Source: Planctomycetota bacterium
GTDB lineage: Bacteria > Planctomycetota > Phycisphaerae > SM23-33
Direction: 5' to 3'
Assembly (NCBI GenBank): GCA_034190305.1
Contig: JAXHSV010000003.1
Location: 1-35,780, forward strand
DNA: 35,780 bases
How positions within the stretch are numbered: the first letter of the stretch is position 1; the number at the start of each line of letters is the position of its first letter. The notes under the pieces were generated by a model. It was not told where the DNA came from, did not search any database, and saw only the letters and a list, made by a program, of their open reading frames with translations. The translations under genes were made by a program, and so were the position numbers. Positions 25,676 to 34,179 of the stretch are shown in pieces.

Positions 25676-27471
25676 TGCCGGCCCACTCACCGCAGATAAC
25701 AGAAACAAAGAAAGAAGGATCATCACGCAAAGAGGTTCTTCAGACGGAGTTTTTCCTCCGGCGTCTGGCTGAACAACTGCGCAAACTGGGGATGAGCATA
25801 TCGTTCTGGGACTCAAACGGTTCGATATTGACGACTCCGAGTTTCCAGGGACAGTTCTGCTGCCTGATGTGCGGGCAGAAAGGAGTCTGCCTGGAAGCAC
25901 TAAGTGAAATTGCCGGGAAAGTGTCCCGAGAAGGTCGCAGGGAGATTACAACGTCTCCGAATGGATGCCGCATCTTTTCCGCGCCTATGTATCAGCGTCG
26001 TCGATTGACCGGAGCGGTAGTAGCATGCTTCCCTACGCTTCAGACTATCGAAAGCGAACAGTTCCTCCGCACCTGCAGCCGGACACACCTGGATACCGAA
26101 GCGATGGCTTCATTATGTCGCCGGGAGGCCGTGTACACGGATCGACAGGCCGAAAACATGTGCAGCATCCTGGAGTGGATAATTCAGAGCGAGCAGGCAA
26201 GAGAAGTTAGCAGGGAGGAACTGGCGGCCCTTTCGTCCAATCTGGCTAACACCTACGAGGAACTCTCGCTGCTTTACAGCATCAGCGGGTCGATGAAAGT
26301 TACGCGCGGCGCGAAGGGATTCTTCGAGAATCTTTGCAACGAACTGCTGGAGGTGATGCATGTTCAAACGGCGGCGGTCGTGTTGCATCCCCGAAGTTGT
26401 CAGGATCAACCGAACCGCAACAGCGAATCAGGCGACCGGGTTGTCATTGCCGGCAAACTGCCCCTTACGAAAGAGCAGCTTATCGGAATATCCCAGTGGT
26501 ACATTGCTCCCCAAGCCACGAAACATCGAAGTACTGATTCGGCCGCCGGGAATGAGGGCGGGAACATATTTTCCACGATAGTCGATAACCGGTTCTTCAG
26601 GCACGCCGAACATCTCGGTCCGGACATTGAGCGGATTCGCACTCTTGCAGCGGCGCCGTTGACGATCGCGGGCCGGTACCGGGGTGTTGTAATCGCCGCA
26701 AACAAAGTCAACGGCGAATTCGACAGCGCTGATCTGAAACTCATATCAGCCATCAGCGGTCAGGCGGCGGTGTTCCTTGAAAACCACGATCTCTACGAAG
26801 ACGTCCAGGACCTGTTGATGGGCGTATTGCACGCCCTGACGGCCAGTATCGACGCCAAGGACCCGTACACCTGCGGTCATTCGCATCGCGTTGCAATTAT
26901 TTCCAGGAAACTGGCGCAGTTGAGCGGCTTCGACGAAAACCGCGTCGGTCGGATATATCTGGCCGGACTACTGCACGATATCGGGAAGATCGGCGTATCC
27001 GAAACCGTACTGCAAAAGTCCGGCGTGTTGACCGGTCCGGAATTTGAATCTATGCGGCGACATCCCGGGATAGGCGCAACGATATTGGGCGGCATCCGCC
27101 AAATGAAGGACCTTATTCCCGTTTTACTCCACCACCACGAGCGCCCCGACGGTGGCGGATACCCTGCGGGCCTGTCGGCGGGCGAAATCCCCGTCGAGGC
27201 GCTGATCGTGGGACTCGCCGACAGTTTAGATGCGATGACCTCCAGCCGGACATACCGAAACGCCATGCCGCTGGAGGTTGTCATTACCGAAATTCGTCAA
27301 TGCAGCGGGACGCAGTTTGATCCTCGATTGACGGAGTTGCTGTTGTCGCTGAACCTGGAGGATTTTCTGACGCAAATCCGCACTGCCGCAATGAACGACT
27401 CGAAGACGTTTGAAAGATTGCCCGTCTCGTCGCTCTGTTCAACAAAGGAACTGTCGCAAAACGCAGATTAG
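25675..27471 (+). CDS. HD-GYP cyclic-dinucleotide phosphodiesterase with an N-terminal Cys-rich (PocR-like) domain and a GAF domain
   Basis: DAKDPYTCGHSHRVA, LLHDIGKIG, HHERPDGGGYP, ADSLDAMTSSRTYR and GTQFDP motifs; GAF end ANKVNGEFDSADLKLI; TAATG overlap with the receiver gene. Confidence 0.92.
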   Translation: MPAHSPQITETKKEGSSRKEVLQTEFFLRRLAEQLRKLGMSISFWDSNGSILTTPSFQGQFCCLMCGQKGVCLEALSEIAGKVSREGRREITTSPNGCRIFSAPMYQRRRLTGAVVACFPTLQTIESEQFLRTCSRTHLDTEAMASLCRREAVYTDRQAENMCSILEWIIQSEQAREVSREELAALSSNLANTYEELSLLYSISGSMKVTRGAKGFFENLCNELLEVMHVQTAAVVLHPRSCQDQPNRNSESGDRVVIAGKLPLTKEQLIGISQWYIAPQATKHRSTDSAAGNEGGNIFSTIVDNRFFRHAEHLGPDIERIRTLAAAPLTIAGRYRGVVIAANKVNGEFDSADLKLISAISGQAAVFLENHDLYEDVQDLLMGVLHALTASIDAKDPYTCGHSHRVAIISRKLAQLSGFDENRVGRIYLAGLLHDIGKIGVSETVLQKSGVLTGPEFESMRRHPGIGATILGGIRQMKDLIPVLLHHHERPDGGGYPAGLSAGEIPVEALIVGLADSLDAMTSSRTYRNAMPLEVVITEIRQCSGTQFDPRLTELLLSLNLEDFLTQIRTAAMNDSKTFERLPVSSLCSTKELSQNAD

Positions 27472-27526
27472 CGCGGACGGTAAAAGTAAATTGCTTTATG
27501 AATGAAAGACGCCTCCGGCGAAGACA

Positions 27527-27826
27527 TTAATCGTCGTCCGCTTCGTGCTTAGGAGGGCTCAAATCCCCCGGCCTGATAACGTTCATTTCACATTCCGAAG
27601 CAATGTCTAGAAATTCCTGATGATGAAGTTGCTCCAGTTGCTTTCCTCTGCCTTTGAGTTTTTCATTGAATTTTATGCACTTTTCCTGCATCACCTCGTG
27701 TGTGTCGGCGCTTCCGCCGACGATATGAAAATTATCGCCTCTAGTCGCGCGGAAATGACCGTCGTCGTTATCCAGGCCGACGCCCAACAGCATTGCCTTC
27801 TTTTCCGGCTTGGGAGTTTTCACCAT
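27527..27826 (-). CDS. Conserved hypothetical protein (PVC-type)
   Basis: LLGVGLDNDDGHxRxTRGDNFHIVGGS...THEVMQEKCIKFNEKL pattern recalled from Planctomycetes hypotheticals (not searched); TATAAT on the minus strand upstream. Confidence 0.7.
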   Translation of the reverse strand: MVKTPKPEKKAMLLGVGLDNDDGHFRATRGDNFHIVGGSADTHEVMQEKCIKFNEKLKGRGKQLEQLHHQEFLDIASECEMNVIRPGDLSPPKHEADDD

Positions 27827-27935
27827 TGCCTCGCAGGTATTCCTCTTTATCAACACCCATTATATACGTAACCCATCGGCAATGCCAATATCCATAAGTC
27901 GTCGGTAATGTAAAATCATTAATGGGCTGGGTCGA

Positions 27936-27965
27936 TTGACAGCACGGTCTTCAGGTGGATACTAT
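27936..27965 (+). promoter_or_regulatory. Putative sigma70-type promoter of the heparinase-like gene
   Basis: TTGACA-N18-TACTAT about 56 nt upstream of ATG 28022. Confidence 0.5.
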
Positions 27966-28021
27966 CGGCAGGACAGAAAACCTACGACAAACCAGACAAG
28001 GTAAATATGAAGAGGTGAAAC

Positions 28022-29887
28022 ATGCGTAAGGAGATATTGATAATGTCCGTCATGTTCCTGTCCGGTCAACTCCTCGCATCCGACAGTCCCGTCAAGCCGC
28101 CGACGGCGGAAACGGCGCTGAAAACTCTCAACAAGGCGCATCCCCGTCTGATACTGACAGACAAGCGCCTGGCAGAGTTGAAAGAATTGATGAAGCGCGA
28201 CGAGTTGCTAAAGAATTGTTACAAGGATGTGATAAAACAGGCGAATGATTATTGCACTAAAAAGCCGCTGGCGCATCAACTGCCGGACGGGATTCGCCTG
28301 CTTTACGTTAGCCGAACGTGTCTCAACCGGATTTACGCACTCGGACTGGCTTGGCGTCTGACGGGTAAGGAAAAATACGCCGCCAAAGCCAAGGAAAATC
28401 TCCTGACCGTCTGCGCGTTTCCGGACTGGAATCCAAAGCATTTTCTCGACACTGCCGAGATGTCCCATGCCGTCGGCGTCGGATACGACTGGCTGTTTCA
28501 CTGGCTTGACGCAGAATCGCGTGAAAAAATCCGCACCGGGCTTATCACCAACGGCCTGAAGCCGGGACTTCTCCAGTACAAGGGCGAAGGAACCTGGCGG
28601 GTAAAAAACCGGTTCAATTGGAACCAGGTTTGCAACGGCGGTCTTGTCATCGGCGCGCTGGCCGTTGCTGAAACCGACCCGAAATACGCCGAAGTTATTG
28701 TCCCCGGTGCGGTCAAGTTCCTTCCGAACGCCCTTTCGACCTACGCCCCCGACGGCGCCTGGCCTGAAGGACCGGGATATTGGAACTACGCCACCAGTTA
28801 TACGGTCTATGGCCTGGCGGCGATGGATACTGCCTTGGGTACTGATTTCGGACTTTCCCGCATGAAGGGTTTGTCGGAAGCAGGGATGTTTCCGATCTAT
28901 GCGTGCGGGCCGACGAAATTGTTCTTCAACTTCGCCGATGTTGGCAGCAACAGCAGGAGGAGAAATATTCCATGCCTCTTCTGGCTGGCGAGCAGATACG
29001 ACAAGCCCATGCTTGGGCAGGCGGAAAGAGAAATGCTCGCCAAACATGACGGTAGCCCGCAGGATTTCATCTGGTACACGCCCGCGAGCAAGAAGCCGCC
29101 GGTGCCGACGCTCGATAAGTATTTCCGCGGACCAGTAGAGGTGGCTGTCTTTCGAAGCGCGTGGGACGACCCGAACGCGCTGTTCCTGGCCGTCAAGGCC
29201 GGTTTCAACCAGGTCAACCACGGACACCTTGACCTGGGAAACTTCGAAATCGACGCGCTCGGCGTCCGCTGGGCGCGCGACCTGGGCAAGGAAGGATACA
29301 ACCTTCCCGGATACTGGAACAAAGGACCAAAGGCCAAACGCTGGACATACTATCGCATCAGTTCCTTTGCCCACAACGTCCCGGTCCTAGGTGGGAAGAA
29401 TCAGGACGTGTATGCCGAGACGAAAATTACGAAGTTCAAGACCACGCCTGCGAAGGGTTTTGCTGTTCTGGACCTGACTTCGGCGTACAAGGATTTCGCA
29501 AAGAAGGTGACTCGCGGCGTGGCGCTAACCGCAGGCAGAAAAGCCGTTCTTGTCCAGGACGAGTTTGAGATCAACAAGCCCTGCGAGGTGGCCTGGGGCA
29601 TGACGACGGATGCGAAAATCGCCGTCGATAAGACGGGGAAGGCAGTTCTGACAATCGGCGATAAGAAAATGACGGCGCAGATACTTTCGCCCGCCGGTGC
29701 GGTCTTTACCGTCGAATCGGCAGAGCAGAAGCCGCCGTTGCAACCCAACAAGGGAGTCCGTCGCCTGATGGTCCGCCTGAAGAAGCAGAAAGGCGACGTA
29801 CGGATTGCGGTGTTCTTCACGCCGGAATGGCCGAAGACCCAACGGATAATCAAGAATCCACAAATCAAATCCCTTAGTGAGTGGTAA
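28022..29887 (+). CDS. Secreted heparinase II/III-family (polysaccharide lyase-like) protein
   Basis: Signal peptide; HPRL, WNPKHFLDTAEM, GYDWL, NWNQVCNGG, EGPGYWNY, FNFAD, NHGHLDLGNF and HN motifs; GAGGT RBS. Confidence 0.88.
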   Translation: MRKEILIMSVMFLSGQLLASDSPVKPPTAETALKTLNKAHPRLILTDKRLAELKELMKRDELLKNCYKDVIKQANDYCTKKPLAHQLPDGIRLLYVSRTCLNRIYALGLAWRLTGKEKYAAKAKENLLTVCAFPDWNPKHFLDTAEMSHAVGVGYDWLFHWLDAESREKIRTGLITNGLKPGLLQYKGEGTWRVKNRFNWNQVCNGGLVIGALAVAETDPKYAEVIVPGAVKFLPNALSTYAPDGAWPEGPGYWNYATSYTVYGLAAMDTALGTDFGLSRMKGLSEAGMFPIYACGPTKLFFNFADVGSNSRRRNIPCLFWLASRYDKPMLGQAEREMLAKHDGSPQDFIWYTPASKKPPVPTLDKYFRGPVEVAVFRSAWDDPNALFLAVKAGFNQVNHGHLDLGNFEIDALGVRWARDLGKEGYNLPGYWNKGPKAKRWTYYRISSFAHNVPVLGGKNQDVYAETKITKFKTTPAKGFAVLDLTSAYKDFAKKVTRGVALTAGRKAVLVQDEFEINKPCEVAWGMTTDAKIAVDKTGKAVLTIGDKKMTAQILSPAGAVFTVESAEQKPPLQPNKGVRRLMVRLKKQKGDVRIAVFFTPEWPKTQRIIKNPQIKSLSEW

Positions 29888-29974
29888 ATTCTGATGGTTT
29901 CACAATGCGAATATCCCCCTTCTCGAATTCTCCCGGACAGCGTATAATAAAAGGGCACTTCAGGAGGTGAGGAT

Positions 29975-30205
29975 ATGGATCACGAAACGATGTGTGATTG
30001 TCCGTTCGCGGACCATTGCCAGACTTACGCCGATCCGTTAATCGACAAGACCCGCAAGGGTCCAACCGGTTTCGGATGTAGGGGTCAGAACGATATCTAC
30101 AGAGGTAAACACTGTCACGTTTTCGCCTGTGCTTACCTGTCAATGGTCGTTTCAGATGTCCTGAAACATCAGGCGCCTGCTCCGGCACCCGAACGAAAAA
30201 GATAG
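29975..30205 (+). CDS. Small Cys/His-rich hypothetical protein
   Basis: AGGAGGTG RBS and TATAAT at 29943-29948; 76 aa with 6 Cys. Confidence 0.7.
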   Translation: MDHETMCDCPFADHCQTYADPLIDKTRKGPTGFGCRGQNDIYRGKHCHVFACAYLSMVVSDVLKHQAPAPAPERKR

Positions 30206-30222
30206 CGAGGGTCCCGAGACTA

Positions 30223-30347
30223 ATACTGGGCGCACAAAGTTTTTGCGCTTGCGAATAGGGACACAATGCACCAAAAGAACGGTTCGCATTACCATGAACT
30301 GTGTAGCCGTCAATCATCCTAGCGCCTTAACTTTGTGCGCCCGGTAT
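30223..30347. mobile_element. MITE-like element 1 (125 bp, terminal inverted repeats)
   Basis: ATACTGGGCGCACAAAGTT (30223-30241) matches the reverse complement of 30329-30347 at 18/19; no coding capacity. Confidence 0.55.
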
Positions 30348-30348
30348 A

Positions 30349-30493
30349 ATACGAACGGCAGTTAATTAATGCGCTCGCGTATAGTAGTCACGGCGAACAG
30401 ACTGGGTGGGGACAGCGTTGCATACGGGTGTTTCTACTATTGAACGCCATCGGCAATACACCGCCGAGCGCATTAATTAATTGCCGCCGGTAT
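30349..30493. mobile_element. MITE-like element 2 (145 bp, terminal inverted repeats)
   Basis: CGGCAGTTAATTAATGCGCTCG (30356-30377) matches the reverse complement of 30465-30486 at 21/22; ends in CCGGTATAAT like element 1. Confidence 0.55.
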
Positions 30494-30503
30494 AATCTAT
30501 CCG

Positions 30504-31730
30504 TCAGAATTCCATTGGAAAGACGACGGGCTGATTTGTTTTACTGGCTGTGCGCGCCTTATCATAGGCCTCGTCATACTGGGCGGCGACAATCTCCCAT
30601 GAGACTACTTCGTCCAGGTACCGTTTGAGATTGTTTCCCATTCTCATTCGCGCTTCTTCGTTGCACGCCAGCGTAATGACATGTTCTCGCAGCATATTCT
30701 TGTTTGTAAACAGCAGCCCGCCACCGCTTTCCAGCGTCTGTGCGGTCAGGCCTTCCATCGGAGCGGTGGTAATGTAAGGCTTATTCAGCGCTATGATCCT
30801 CGCCAGCGTTCCCGACTGGGTCTCGTCGGTGCTGGGAAGGACGATGAAGTCGCACACAGCCATCATCTTGTAATACTGCTCACCGCGAGGGACAAATTCG
30901 TAATAATGGGCCAGTCCCTTTTGCTCCAGTAGTTCGACCTGGTGTTTGTAGTTTTCGTACTCGGCCTTGTGGTTGATGTCGCGCATCATGCCCGCCGCCA
31001 GCAGGTCCCACTCCTGACCGGTCCTCTCTTCGATGACATTGGCGATTTCCTCCCACATATTGGTGAGAATGTCCCATCGCTTGTTCGACTGTATCCATCC
31101 GATCAGTCCGACCAGATGCGGACCGAGGTCTTCTAACTTGTCAAGCCCAAGTTCCTTGCGCAACTCCGGAACTTCCTCGACACTCCATCTCCGGTCGGGC
31201 CTCGCCCCGTGAGGAACGACCATGACGTTCCTCGGCGTTTCCCATCCTCTGCCGTGAAAACTCCAGTCCAGACGCCATTTCTGGTAATGGCACTTGAAAA
31301 GCACCACGTCGGCTCGCTGTGTGAGTTTGAAGAGAAAGTCCGCCTCGAAGTCAGTCAGCCGACCATGGACCGTGTGCGGCTCGACAACGGTGGGTACCTC
31401 GCCGATAGCATCCAACAGGGCGAGGAAACCTTCGTTACCGTCGCCGGCGCCGCGGGAATCGAGGTATTCGTACAGACCGTATTCATGCTCGGCGTGTACC
31501 GCGTAAGGCTGGAGTTGGCGAACCTTGGCCGCCACGGGGCGCCACCAGTCGCGCTGCGACATGTCGATTATGGGAAAGACGCCGTCGCCGGCGCCGTCGG
31601 TATGACTTATGACCAGAACATCCCGTTCGGGGTGGCGTTTTTTGATGAACTCACGCGCCTCTTCGCAGAAAGTTGCTATTCCACACAGGCGCGGAGGGTA
31701 CGAACTAATCATTACAATTGGAGACGGCAT
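30504..31730 (-). CDS. Glycosyltransferase family 4 (GT-B)
   Basis: SSYPPRLCGIATF, EHEYGLY, VVPHG and QSGTLA motifs. Confidence 0.88.
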   Translation of the reverse strand: MPSPIVMISSYPPRLCGIATFCEEAREFIKKRHPERDVLVISHTDGAGDGVFPIIDMSQRDWWRPVAAKVRQLQPYAVHAEHEYGLYEYLDSRGAGDGNEGFLALLDAIGEVPTVVEPHTVHGRLTDFEADFLFKLTQRADVVLFKCHYQKWRLDWSFHGRGWETPRNVMVVPHGARPDRRWSVEEVPELRKELGLDKLEDLGPHLVGLIGWIQSNKRWDILTNMWEEIANVIEERTGQEWDLLAAGMMRDINHKAEYENYKHQVELLEQKGLAHYYEFVPRGEQYYKMMAVCDFIVLPSTDETQSGTLARIIALNKPYITTAPMEGLTAQTLESGGGLLFTNKNMLREHVITLACNEEARMRMGNNLKRYLDEVVSWEIVAAQYDEAYDKARTASKTNQPVVFPMEF

Positions 31731-31742
31731 TAGAGGATTTCC

Positions 31743-34082
31743 TTATCCATCACGTGTAACCAAAGAATCAGCTTCGGCATCAATTTCTTTATCGGCAGTC
31801 GGCAGGCCCAACGTTTGCTGCGTTTGCCTTTCGGTCATTAAAAGCAGGCTCATCAACCACGCCAGTGTGCTTTCGGCGCCCTGGTTGCTGTTGAGGCGGT
31901 CCGGGTGGATACCGTCCCTGCAACCGCCCGTAGTGAAATCGCAGATCGATTGCTGGAGGTCGTTGTCGCCGAGGAACCAGTTGAAACACCGACGCGCCTC
32001 GTCAAGCCAGTATTCCTGTCCCGTAACATTGTACGCTTCGATGCATGCGTCGATAAGCCCGTGGGCTTCAATCGGTTGCTGGTCGAACTGCGCCTTCGCC
32101 CCGTCCCGCCTGTACCATCCGTCGGTGCCGATGACCGAAAGGTTCCCCCCGGCGCCGGTCTGTATGTCCAGAAGCCAGCGCAGCGACCGTTCGCCCATTT
32201 CGATTATATCCGAGCGGAACATCCATTTTCCGCTCATCAGCAGCGCGTGAGCGAGTTTGGCGTTGTCGTAGGTTACTACGCCTTCGCACCAAGGCCAGTC
32301 GTCGGAGGAGTTCTCGACAAAATGCCGGAAGAGCATCTCGGTCAGTACGGTCCTGGCGCGTCTGGCCTCGCTGTCCCCGCCAAAACGCCGGAGGTAGGCA
32401 TGGATACCGACGATAACAAACGCCCACGCCCGCGGAGAAACAAATCTGTCCGCAACCACAAGAGCCCGCTCGAACAGGCGTGTTGCAAGACCGATAATCG
32501 GCTCGGAGCTGCACATCGCCACGCAGATCCCCAGACCCCACATCGCCCTGCCGTGAGAATCCTCCGACCCGACCATCTCCGCCCATCGCCGGTCATAGGT
32601 CATAAAATTCCGGAACCTGCCCGAGTCGTCGTCCAGCGCGTAACTCAGAAACGACAGATACGTCTGCAACAGCGGGAGAATTTTCTCGTCATGAGTCTGG
32701 CGCCAGTACATAGACGCAACGATTAACGCCCGCGCGTTGTCGTCCGTGGCGTAGCCGTGCCGGCGATCAGGTGTGGCATAGAGACTGTGCTGGAGGATGC
32801 CCGTACTGTCGGTGAGCATATGAAGATGACGCAGGTCGATCTCCGGTAACTCGTAGGCCGGCGCACCCGCATCAGCGGGGAATGCGTCGGTTCTGGGCAC
32901 CATGACCGGACGAATCGGCCTCTTCTGCGCCTCCTCGAACACCTTCAGGTAACGCTTGCCCACTTCAGGCCAGATCATTTGCCGGCTGTACTGATAAGCG
33001 CGTTTGCGCATCGCATCGCGTTCAACGTCGTTATCCAGCAGGTCTATGAGTTGTTCGGCGATTGCATCGGGGTCCTTAAACGGTACGATCCGCCCGCGGT
33101 CTTCGGCAAGAACTTCCTGAGCGTACCAGTACGGAGTGGATATTATCGCGTTTCCGGTGCCAAGGACGTACGCCAGAACTCCGGAAACAATCTGAGCTTC
33201 ACCCAGGTACGGCGTAATGCAGATGTCTGCGGCGCAGAGAAACTCACACAGTTCCGTCGCTTCAACGAAACGGTTCTGGAAAATGACGTTCCGCTCGACG
33301 CCCAGTTCTCTGGCCAGGCGGTGCAAACTCGTGCGGTATTCCTCACCCTTGCGCCGGCGAACGTGCGGGTGAGTGGCGCCGACGACCATGTAGGCGACGT
33401 TGGGATGCTTGGCCACCACCGCCGGCAAGGCGCGGATGACATATTCGATACCCTTTCCCGGACTCAGCAGGCCGAAGGTCAAAATCAATTCGCGCCCCTC
33501 CACGCCGAACTTGTCCTTGTAAAATGCGGGGTCCACGAAAGGAACGTCCGGGATACCGTGATCAATAACGACTATCTTGTCGGACTCGACGCCATAGATT
33601 TTCTGGAGGAACCTTCTGGCCCTTTCGGCCATTACGACTATCTTCGTGCTGAGCCGGCATATCTCCGTCAGCACCTTCTGCTGGTCTTCGAGTGGTTCGG
33701 ACAGGACGGTGTGAAGCGTGGTAACCAGCGGTCTTCGCAACCTGCGGAGCATTGCCAGGATATGCGCGCCGCTGGGCCCGCCGAACAGACCGTACTCGTG
33801 CTGAAGGCAGACAACAGCCGCGCTGGAAATGTTGATGAACTCGGCAGCCCGGTGGTAATCGCCCTGAACGGCTTCGCGAATCTCAAAACGAACGCAGTCT
33901 TCGTAGCGGTATCCTTCAGGGACGTCGTTTATAACCACCACGCCACAACGAAACGCCTTACCCGCCTGACCGGCAACGGCCTCGCACAAGTCACGCGTGA
34001 ACGTGGCGATACCACACTGCCTTGGGACATAATCTCCGACAAAGATGATTTCCTGTGTGTCAATACGTTTAACTCGACTCAT
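31743..34082 (-). CDS. Glycosyltransferase family 4 fused to a C-terminal (alpha/alpha)-barrel glycoside-hydrolase-like domain
   Basis: YVPRQCGIATF, QHEYGLFGG, FGLLSPGKG and STPYWYA; C-domain GYATDDNARAL, SEDSHGR, YDNA, FDQQPIE and NQGAESTL; ATG 34082 has a GAGG RBS. Confidence 0.88.
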   Translation of the reverse strand: MSRVKRIDTQEIIFVGDYVPRQCGIATFTRDLCEAVAGQAGKAFRCGVVVINDVPEGYRYEDCVRFEIREAVQGDYHRAAEFINISSAAVVCLQHEYGLFGGPSGAHILAMLRRLRRPLVTTLHTVLSEPLEDQQKVLTEICRLSTKIVVMAERARRFLQKIYGVESDKIVVIDHGIPDVPFVDPAFYKDKFGVEGRELILTFGLLSPGKGIEYVIRALPAVVAKHPNVAYMVVGATHPHVRRRKGEEYRTSLHRLARELGVERNVIFQNRFVEATELCEFLCAADICITPYLGEAQIVSGVLAYVLGTGNAIISTPYWYAQEVLAEDRGRIVPFKDPDAIAEQLIDLLDNDVERDAMRKRAYQYSRQMIWPEVGKRYLKVFEEAQKRPIRPVMVPRTDAFPADAGAPAYELPEIDLRHLHMLTDSTGILQHSLYATPDRRHGYATDDNARALIVASMYWRQTHDEKILPLLQTYLSFLSYALDDDSGRFRNFMTYDRRWAEMVGSEDSHGRAMWGLGICVAMCSSEPIIGLATRLFERALVVADRFVSPRAWAFVIVGIHAYLRRFGGDSEARRARTVLTEMLFRHFVENSSDDWPWCEGVVTYDNAKLAHALLMSGKWMFRSDIIEMGERSLRWLLDIQTGAGGNLSVIGTDGWYRRDGAKAQFDQQPIEAHGLIDACIEAYNVTGQEYWLDEARRCFNWFLGDNDLQQSICDFTTGGCRDGIHPDRLNSNQGAESTLAWLMSLLLMTERQTQQTLGLPTADKEIDAEADSLVTRDG

Positions 34083-34179
34083 TTGATCCTCGTTATTCGT
34101 AAAAAGCAACCTCTGGACATTCTATAAAAGGGAAGATTCTATCCCGCCGGCCCATCTTATTCAATTCAATCTGATTTAT

